Shown here: positions 53,725 to 61,750 of the stretch, one piece after another
Layout of the letters: each line of letters opens with the position of its first letter
How positions within the stretch are numbered: position 1 is the first letter of the stretch
NCBI GenBank assembly: GCA_963664225.1
Contig: OY760937.1
Coordinates: 3,616,001-3,680,000 of the forward strand
From: Verrucomicrobiia bacterium
GTDB taxonomy: Bacteria > Verrucomicrobiota > Verrucomicrobiia > Limisphaerales > UBA1319
Direction: 5' to 3'
DNA: 64,000 nt
Position numbers and translations under genes: made by a program
Notes under the pieces: generated by a model
The model's database searches: none
What the model was told of the DNA's origin: nothing
What the model saw: the letters and a program-made list of their open reading frames with translations, nothing else

Positions 53725-55872
53725 ATTCCCCCTTTCGTTTCCGCCACACGCAATGGCCCGTAGCGTGACGACGGTTGAAACACCCATGGCGGAGCGCCGA
53801 CTTTTAGTCGGCTTAACGCCTCCGATAAACCAGTTTGCGGGTATCGCTGCTCATCGGTTAAAACCCATCCCGTCCTGACTTTTTGTCTTATTCACTACTT
53901 CGCGCGAACCTTAAATTCCATTTTATTAGCGTCTATTACCGAGGATTAGCGGTTTCCTCCCTTCCGGCTCACCCCAGTCTCCCTCGGTATGGAGTCTCGG
54001 CTTCAGCCTGCGTGGACCGCTATGAAATCGAGCGGCTTGTAGCATTCGCAGCCTTCCAGCCGTAGCGCAGACATCCTGTCTGCTGTATCGCAGATTTCCA
54101 ATCTGCAATCGTTGATCCTCCTCAATCGTGCTTAAATGAACAGGTCTGTACCTCTGCTTCAGCCAGTCAGATCATCATATTATCCGCCGCATCAACTTGT
54201 AGGCCGTGTCCCCCGACCCGGCGTCCCTCGGTATGGAGTCCCGGCTTCAGCCGGTTCGGTCACCGTATCGCAGAGGCATTTGAACTCGCGCAACCCTTCG
54301 AAATTCAAAATCCCTCCTGCATTCCCCCTTTCGTTTTCGCCACACGCAATGGCCCGTAGCGTGACGACGGTTGAAACACCCATGGCGGAGCGCCGACTTT
54401 TAGCCGGCTTAACGCCTCCGATAAACCAGTTGGCGGGTATCGCTGCTCATCGGTTAAAACCCATCCCGTCCTGACTTTTTGTTTTATTCACTACTTCGCG
54501 CGAACCTTAAATTCCATTTTATTAGCGTCTATTACCGAGGATTAGCGGTTTCCTCCCTTCAGGCTCACCCTGGCGTCCCTCGGTATGGAGTCCCGGCTTC
54601 AGCCTGCGTGGACCGCTATGAAATCGAGCGGCTTGTAGCATTCGCAGCCTTCCAGCCGTAGCGCAGACATCCTGTCTGCCGTATCGCAGATTTCCAATCT
54701 GCAATCGTTGATCCTCCTCAATCGTGCTTAAATGATCAGGTCTGCACCCTGCTTCAGCCAGTCAGATCATCATATTATCCGCCGCATCAACTTGTAGGTC
54801 GTGTCCCCCGACCCGGCGTCCCTCGGTATGGAGTCCCGGCTTCAGCCGGTTCGGTAATCGTATCGCAGAGGCATTTGAACTCGCGCAACCCTTCGAAATT
54901 CAAAATCCCTCCTGCATTCCCCCATTCGTTTTCGCCACACGCAATGGCCCGTAGCGTGACGACGGTTGAAACACCCATGGCGGAGCGCCGACTTTTAGTC
55001 GGCTTAACGCCTCCGATAAACCAGTTGGCGGCTATCACTGCTCATCGGTTAAAACCCATCCCGTCCTGACTTTTTGTCTTATTCACTACTTCGCGCGAAC
55101 CTTAAATTCCATTTTATTAGCGTCTATTACCGAGGATTAGCGGTTTCCTCCCTTCAGGCTCACCCTGGCGTCCCTCGGTATGGAGTCCCGGCTTCAGCCG
55201 GTTCGGCCATCGTATCGCAGAGGCATTTGAACTCGCGCAACCCTTCGAAATTCAAAATCCCTCCTGCATTCCCCCTTTCGTTTCCTCCACACGCAATGGC
55301 CCGTAGCGTGACGACGGTTGAAACACCCATGGCGGAGCGCCGACTTTTAGCCGGCTTAACGCCTCCGATAAACCAGTTGGCGGGTATCGCTGCTCATCGG
55401 TTAAAAACCCATCCCGTCCTGACTTTTTGTCTTATTCACTACTTCGCGCGAACCTTAAATTCCATTTTATTAGCGTCAATTACCGAGGATTAGCGGTTTC
55501 CACCCTTCCGGCTCACCCTGGCGTCCCTCGGTATGGAGTCCCGGCTTCAGCCTGCGTGGACCGCTATGAAATCGAGCGGCTTGTAGCATTCGCAGCCTTC
55601 CAGCCGTAGCGCAGACATCCTGTCTGCCGTATCGCAGATTTCCAATCTGCAATCGTTGATCCTCCTCAATCGCGCTTAAATGATCAGGTCTGCACCCTGC
55701 TTCAGCCAGTCAGATCATCATATTATCCGCCGCATCAACTTGTAGGCCGGGTCCCCCGATCCGGCGTCCCTCGGTATGGAGTCCCGGCTTCAGCCGGTTC
55801 GGTCACCGTATCGCAGAGGCATTTGAACCCGCGCAACCCTTCGAAACTCAAAATCCCTCCTACATTCCCCCT
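53725..55872 (+). repeat. Tandem array of ~596-bp non-coding units (module order ABC-ABC-AC-ABC)
   Basis: Unit starts at 53725, 54321, 54916 and 55268, with a final junction at 55864; units nearly identical. Confidence 0.95.
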
Positions 55873-56151
55873 TGCCGCCCATCCTCCGGGCTATGCGGAA
55901 CGCACTGCAATCATTCAGCCCACGTTGCCGTGGAAATGCTACCCCGGGTCGCGCGTTACAGTTTTTTGCGGTCAGCTGCAGTCAATCGGAATTTAACCGG
56001 TTGACCGATATCGTGCCTGGATGTCGCCCATACAAACGCCCTGTCCCGATTCGTTTGACAAATCCGATCGATGACGCGTATTTCTTAAATACGCCGGACG
56101 GCCCACGGCAACGCTGGCCATAACGGTAATTTATTCCATAAAGGTGACGCT

Positions 56152-56802
56152 ATGAATCGAAAAAATCTCCTCTTTCTTTTGTTCGGGCTGGCAAGTCTCC
56201 TGGCCTCAATCCAGGCTTCCGCACAGGGAACCTTGACGCCACCTGGAGCCCCTGCGCCCACCATGCGATCGCTCGATCAGATTTATAACGAAGTCACCAA
56301 ACTTACACCGGCCAGCCCGCTGCTCCTGACGTCGCCTCTGAGTCCCACCCAGCAAGGCGTCATCCATATGGCCGCCAGGGGCCAAAAGCAGGGTGACATC
56401 AAAGGCGAATGCACCATTACAGGATTGGAAAACACCACCGTATGCATTGGCTTCACGCATGAAGTGGTCAGTCCACGGGATGCAACGACGGGCCTGCCCA
56501 CCGGCAAGCGCCAGCATAAACCACTGACCATCACCAAGTATATCGACAAAACCACACCCTTGTTCTACAGCGCGCTGGTGAACAACGAGATTCTGACCGC
56601 GGTTTCCTTCAACTTCTTCCAGACCGACTCGAAAAACCAAACCACCAATTATTACCGGATCAAACTCACCAACGCCAGCCTGGTCGATATTCGCAGCAGC
56701 GATCCCAGCCAGGAAACCTTCCAATTCACTTACCAAAAGATCGAATGGAATTACGTGCCTTCAGGAATATTCGCCACGGATGATTGGTCGGTTTCGCCCT
56801 GA
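56152..56802 (+). CDS. hcp: Hcp/TssD-family tube protein with N-terminal Sec signal peptide and Pro-rich extension
   Basis: GQKQGDIKG, HEVVSPRDATTGLPTGKRQHKPLTITK.IDK.TPLFY.AL..NE.L, YY.IKL.NA, F.YQKIEW, DDW; signal MNRKNLLFLLFGLASLLASIQASA. Confidence 0.88.
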   Translation: MNRKNLLFLLFGLASLLASIQASAQGTLTPPGAPAPTMRSLDQIYNEVTKLTPASPLLLTSPLSPTQQGVIHMAARGQKQGDIKGECTITGLENTTVCIGFTHEVVSPRDATTGLPTGKRQHKPLTITKYIDKTTPLFYSALVNNEILTAVSFNFFQTDSKNQTTNYYRIKLTNASLVDIRSSDPSQETFQFTYQKIEWNYVPSGIFATDDWSVSP

Positions 56803-56829
56803 TTGCCCGGTCCGGAATTGGGATGGATT

Positions 56830-57720
56830 ATGAAACGATCTATCGTTTGGCTGTTGGTTTCAATCTGCCTGACTTTCTCCACACGGGCCGCCACCACGGT
56901 CAGTCAGACCAACCACTTTGCCTATGCCTCCAACCTGGGCTGGGTGGACTGGCGCGGAGACATCAGCAATGGGGCCACCATTGGCGACTACCTTTGCTCC
57001 GGTTACCTCTATGCGGCCAACGTGGGTTGGATCAACCTGGGAAGGGGGATGCCGCGAAACGGGATCCGCTACGGCAATCTCGCCGCGGCTGATTTCGGGG
57101 TGAATCACGACGGGGCGGGCAACCTCCAGGGCTATGCCTGGGGCGCGAACATCGGCTGGCTGACTTTTACCAACCGCGACGCCACCGGGAAGATTTACGA
57201 CGGGCCGCGCGTCAATCTCATCACCGGCCAGCTCAGTGGCTGGGTATGGGGCGCCAACGTGGGCTGGATCAGCCTTGGCAACGCCGTCGCGTTCGTCCAG
57301 GTGAATCGCCTGCAATCCGGAACCGACGCGGATCGCGATGGCATTTCCGACGCCTGGGAATTGGATCACTTCGGCAACCTGACCACCGCAAATGCCACGA
57401 GCGATCAGGACGGTGACGGCCTTGGCGATCTACAGGAGTATCTCGCTGGCACTGATCCGAAACAGGCTGCCAGCAACTTGAAGGGCGCGCTCGCACCATC
57501 TCCGGCCGGTCCCGTCCTTGTTTTTACCTGGTTGAGTCAGCCGGGCTGCCAATATCGAATTCTGCAAACCGACAGCCTGACGCCTCCAGTTTCCTGGTCG
57601 GACATGGGATTGGGCTGGATAAATCCCGATCCCGGAGGACCCGCCATCCATCAGATCGACATGAACGGAGCGGCCAGCGCTTTTTATCGCCTCGAAGCCA
57701 TCAAACCGCTTGGACCATGA
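56830..57720 (+). CDS. Secreted protein with four (G)xxxxxN(I/V/L)GW repeats, TSP3-like Ca-binding motifs and a C-terminal sorting-type domain
   Basis: AYASNLGW, YLYAANVGW, YAWGANIGW, WVWGANVGW; DADRDGISD, DQDGDGLGD, GTDP; ends AFYRLEAIKPLGP. Confidence 0.8.
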   Translation: MKRSIVWLLVSICLTFSTRAATTVSQTNHFAYASNLGWVDWRGDISNGATIGDYLCSGYLYAANVGWINLGRGMPRNGIRYGNLAAADFGVNHDGAGNLQGYAWGANIGWLTFTNRDATGKIYDGPRVNLITGQLSGWVWGANVGWISLGNAVAFVQVNRLQSGTDADRDGISDAWELDHFGNLTTANATSDQDGDGLGDLQEYLAGTDPKQAASNLKGALAPSPAGPVLVFTWLSQPGCQYRILQTDSLTPPVSWSDMGLGWINPDPGGPAIHQIDMNGAASAFYRLEAIKPLGP

Positions 57721-57912
57721 CACGCAGCACACTTTTGCGGGTGTCGCGGTCAACCGCAGTCAACCGCAGTCAACCGGTTGACCGACGTTTTCATGATGTA
57801 TTCCTCACGTTATGGAATTTATGAGAACTCGTGCATGGTGCTGGGAGTGATAGGTTTACGGATGTGAAAAAACAAGCCGGAGTGAGTTGAACTTTGCAGA
57901 AACAAAGTGAAA

Positions 57913-60900
57913 TTACTCCTTTTTTGCTTCCACCACTTGCAACTCCGCCACTGTGGCAAACTTGCGCCCATGCTGTTCGCTTAACACCACGAATTTCAGG
58001 TAGCGGGCCATGACGGGCTGAGGAAGCTGGATCAATTCTTCGGCGGCATCCCGATCAATCCGCCCTTTGGCTGCAGGGCCACCCCACGACTGTCCATCGT
58101 TGCTCAGATAGATTTCGTAATCCTTCACAAGGCCATTGTCATTGTCGTCTCCCCGCGCCACATACCTGACTGCGGCAATGTTCAGCGGTTGGGCATAGTC
58201 GATCGTCAGGAAATGCGGAGGATTTGCAGGCTCGCCGCTCCAGTGGCTGTGCCAGAATGTGTCCGTGTCGCCATCCACCGCGTGTTCCGCATCCCCTTCG
58301 CCTGCTTCAAAACTGCTGGCGGATACTACCTTGCCCTTGGGACTGGACGACGCGGCGGCCGGTTTTTCCATCTGCGGTTTGGCACGATTCTGCGGCGCCG
58401 TTAATCGTCCAACTGAGGAAAACTCCTTCTGCCCGGCAGGCAGCAAACGCAATATGTAGGAAAATTCCGCCGCCTCTGATCGTAGCATGTACGGCTCCAA
58501 CGGACGTGGTCCGCACCCATTCGAGCCAACGCCCAGTGTGCGACTGGCAAGGGTCACCACTGTGCTGACGCTGGGAGGCAGATCAACGGTATATTCGATG
58601 GGCGTCATCACTTCGTCGGTATAAGGCAAAGCCGAGACTTGAAGGAAGCCTCCTTCGGCTTGCGCCATCAAGGCGGGAAGTCCTTTTCCATACAACGCCG
58701 CCCAGCGGACATCCTCGTGGTTGCCGCACTCCATCGGCTTTTCGTAAGGGGTCATCTGCTGACGCACCGTGCTGTCATAAAAGCCCACATCGGATCCGCG
58801 TTTGCGATCGGAATAATTCTCCATCGGCCCGCGACCTAAATAGGCGAAGCGGTCATACTGCTTATCGAGTTGCAACCGCACACCCAACCGGGCCAGAGGA
58901 ATCCTCTTTCCCTGCGGCATGACTGCGTTGTCTACCGCAATCGATCCATCGCCATTGATCGTGAAAACAACTGAATGACTTACGCTGAAACGATTCTTAC
59001 CCGTTCCCTCCATGACGGATTCAATCCGCACCACAGCAGGAGCCGTTTGTGTGGCTCCCATGCGGACGAGGCTCCACTTCAAATCATCCAGGCCGTATTG
59101 GTGCCAGTCCTTGTAGGCCCACATGTCGTCCTTCTGGTGCGGCGCCCGCCAGAGATGCAACCGTGGCCCGCCGTTGGTAATTAGCAGGCTCTTGCCATCG
59201 CACACCAACTGTGAAATTGTTCCGGTGGCCTTGTCAAAAACGACCTGGAAACCTTTTCCTGACACTGTGATTTGCTGTTCGTTCTGCTCCAACTGAACCG
59301 CCGCCATTTGGGCCGCATCGGCAACAACAGGGGCGGCATTGACCGGCAGTTTGAATTGCGCCGCGGCCACCTCATAACCTTTCCGGGCCCACCGCTCCGT
59401 TTTGGCCAGCGTGAAGGACAGGTTCAGGAAATATTCCGCGCCTGGTTTTGGCTGAATGCGCTTGAATGGAATGGTGACCAACTTGTCCGTGCCGGGAGCG
59501 AGGTCCAGCTCCTCCATGGCTCCCTTGTCCATCACTTTGCCATCTTCGGTGAGAGTCCAATGTCCCTTGAAGCCTTCAAGTGTGATGAAGGCGTATTTGT
59601 TACAAATCTTAACCTGCCCGGTGGAAAGATCACCCGCCTCCATGCCGATCCATTGATATACGCGCTTCATTTCCGGGTAATGAGGCTTGGGCGAACGATC
59701 TGAAAAGATCACACCCTTGTGGATGAAATAATGGTCGTTGGGCACTTCACCGAAACCACCCCCATAGGCGATATACGGGCGTTTGGGATCGCGCCGGTTG
59801 TAAACGCCCTGATCCTCCCATTCCCAAATGGCGGCTCCCATGATGCTGGGATACTTGTCAAAGATGTCGTTGTAATCGCCGATGGACCCCATGGAGTTGA
59901 ACATCGCATGGGCGTATTCGCACATGTAATAAGGCTTGGTGTAATTGGTGCTGGTGGCGATCTTCTCAACCTCAGTGGGATTGGTGTACATCTGACTGTC
60001 CACATCGGCAGGGTTCCTCTTTCCAATCCCGAACGCCTCGTAATGCGCCGGACGGCTCTGGTCTATGGCTTTGATTGCTTTCAACGCGGAAACGAAGTTG
60101 CTGCCGCCTCCGCATTCATTGCCCAGCGACCACATGATCACGGAAGCGTGGTTCTTGAAATTCTCCACATTGGCCACATTGCGGTCCACAATCATCTTTT
60201 CGCAGGTGGGCTCGCGATCCAGAAAACCTCCGTAACCGTGACATTCCACGTTCGCTTCTGCGTTCAGGTAAATGCCCCATTCGTCACACAGCTCATACCA
60301 GCGCGGATCATCGGAATAGTGGCAGGTGCGAACGTGATTGCAATTGCCCTGCTTGAGAATTTCCAGATCGCGGATCATCCGCTCCTCGGTGATGTAATGG
60401 CCGGTGTCCGGCCAGTTTTCATGACGGTTGGCGCCCTTGAGCTTCACCGGCACGCCGTTGATGGTAAACACACGGCCCTTGATTTCGACCTTTCGAAAAC
60501 CGGTTCTGGCCGAAAGAATTTCACCTTTCTTTTCCCCCGATAGCGTCAGCACCGTCGTGTAAAGATTCGGGGTCTCCGCCGTCCATTTGGTTGGATTGTT
60601 GACCGGAAGCTCCAACTCTACCGTTGTTTCCTCGCCGGGCTTCAATCCGGGAACGCTCACTTTCGTTTGCGCCACCGACTGCCCCTTCAAGGTAAAAACT
60701 CCGACTTCCAATTCTCGCGCATTCGCAAGCTCGCCCGAGTAATTACGCACCTTGGCTGTCACTTTGAGCGTCGCATCTTTGTATTGGGTGTCCAAGTCGG
60801 TCTTGATGAAATAATCGCGAATATGCACCTCCGGCGCACTCCAGAGAGTTACGTTGCGGAAAATGCCGCTCAACCGCCACATGTCCTGATCCTCCAGATA

Positions 60901-61590
60901 ACTGCCCGCGCTGTAACGGTAAACCTCCGCCGCAACAAGATTCCTGCCCGGCTTTAAAAACCGGGTGATATCAAACTCCGCCGCGTTGCGGCTGTTCATG
61001 CTAAATCCCACCTTTTCCCCGTTGATCCACAGGAAGAATGCCGAGTCCACACCGTCAAAACAGATGAAGGTGCGTCGGCCTTTCCAATCGGAGGGCACTT
61101 CAAACTCCCGGCGGTAACTCCCCACCGGGTTGCGCTCGGTGTAAGCGGTGTAATTCTTGGGTGGTTCGCTCATGACCCGCGGCCAATCCCGTTGGAACGT
61201 GTAGCCAATGTTGCGGTAATACGGCGTTCCGTAACCGAGCAGTTGCCAGCAGGAGGGCACCGGAATCTCCTTCCAGGCACTCACATCAAATTCCGGTTTG
61301 TAGAAGTCCACGGGGCGTTGGGTCGGATGCGCCACCCAGTTGAATTTCCACTGGCCATTCAGGCTCCGATAAAACGAGGATTCCTGCCGTTTGGCCGCCA
61401 GCGCTTCCTTCAAATTGGCGTAAGGCATCAACGTCGCGTGGGCTGGCTCCTTGTTTACACCAAGGCATTGAGGATTCTCAATTTCAGGAGGCAGCGGGGC
61501 ATCCGCTCTCGATATCAGTGGCAGACAACAAAGAATGCTCAAAAATAAAGCAGCAAACAACCGATCCGCACTTGTTTTTCTCATAGTCAT
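57913..61590 (-). CDS. GH2 beta-galactosidase (LacZ-like) with C-terminal F5/8 type C (discoidin) domain
   Basis: EDQDMWRLSGIFR, GANRHE, NHVRTCHY, WSLGNE, CEYAHAM; AVDGDTDTFWHS. Confidence 0.92.
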   Translation of the reverse strand: MTMRKTSADRLFAALFLSILCCLPLISRADAPLPPEIENPQCLGVNKEPAHATLMPYANLKEALAAKRQESSFYRSLNGQWKFNWVAHPTQRPVDFYKPEFDVSAWKEIPVPSCWQLLGYGTPYYRNIGYTFQRDWPRVMSEPPKNYTAYTERNPVGSYRREFEVPSDWKGRRTFICFDGVDSAFFLWINGEKVGFSMNSRNAAEFDITRFLKPGRNLVAAEVYRYSAGSYLEDQDMWRLSGIFRNVTLWSAPEVHIRDYFIKTDLDTQYKDATLKVTAKVRNYSGELANARELEVGVFTLKGQSVAQTKVSVPGLKPGEETTVELELPVNNPTKWTAETPNLYTTVLTLSGEKKGEILSARTGFRKVEIKGRVFTINGVPVKLKGANRHENWPDTGHYITEERMIRDLEILKQGNCNHVRTCHYSDDPRWYELCDEWGIYLNAEANVECHGYGGFLDREPTCEKMIVDRNVANVENFKNHASVIMWSLGNECGGGSNFVSALKAIKAIDQSRPAHYEAFGIGKRNPADVDSQMYTNPTEVEKIATSTNYTKPYYMCEYAHAMFNSMGSIGDYNDIFDKYPSIMGAAIWEWEDQGVYNRRDPKRPYIAYGGGFGEVPNDHYFIHKGVIFSDRSPKPHYPEMKRVYQWIGMEAGDLSTGQVKICNKYAFITLEGFKGHWTLTEDGKVMDKGAMEELDLAPGTDKLVTIPFKRIQPKPGAEYFLNLSFTLAKTERWARKGYEVAAAQFKLPVNAAPVVADAAQMAAVQLEQNEQQITVSGKGFQVVFDKATGTISQLVCDGKSLLITNGGPRLHLWRAPHQKDDMWAYKDWHQYGLDDLKWSLVRMGATQTAPAVVRIESVMEGTGKNRFSVSHSVVFTINGDGSIAVDNAVMPQGKRIPLARLGVRLQLDKQYDRFAYLGRGPMENYSDRKRGSDVGFYDSTVRQQMTPYEKPMECGNHEDVRWAALYGKGLPALMAQAEGGFLQVSALPYTDEVMTPIEYTVDLPPSVSTVVTLASRTLGVGSNGCGPRPLEPYMLRSEAAEFSYILRLLPAGQKEFSSVGRLTAPQNRAKPQMEKPAAASSSPKGKVVSASSFEAGEGDAEHAVDGDTDTFWHSHWSGEPANPPHFLTIDYAQPLNIAAVRYVARGDDNDNGLVKDYEIYLSNDGQSWGGPAAKGRIDRDAAEELIQLPQPVMARYLKFVVLSEQHGRKFATVAELQVVEAKKE

Positions 61591-61750
61591 ACGGGTTACA
61601 ACTTCATCCTGTCCAAGCGCAGGAAATCTTCAATAAGATATTGCTGATCTGCAGCGCTAAAGCCGGGATATTCGGCTGACCAATGCGGCGTGAGAAAGGG
61701 GGGGCACGAATCCGAATTCATTCCGAGTCGGCGTTCAGAATTAAATTGCC

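Noticed and set aside
53513..55609. Repeated short ORFs inside the tandem array
   Set aside because: They are products of the repeat; frames are broken by 1-nt indels between units and show no protein motifs.
53725..55872. CRISPR array
   Set aside because: Units are ~596 bp and nearly identical throughout, with no unique spacers and no cas genes.
56152..57720. Canonical T6SS locus or prophage tail
   Set aside because: No sheath, VgrG, PAAR, baseplate, capsid or terminase genes are present in the window.
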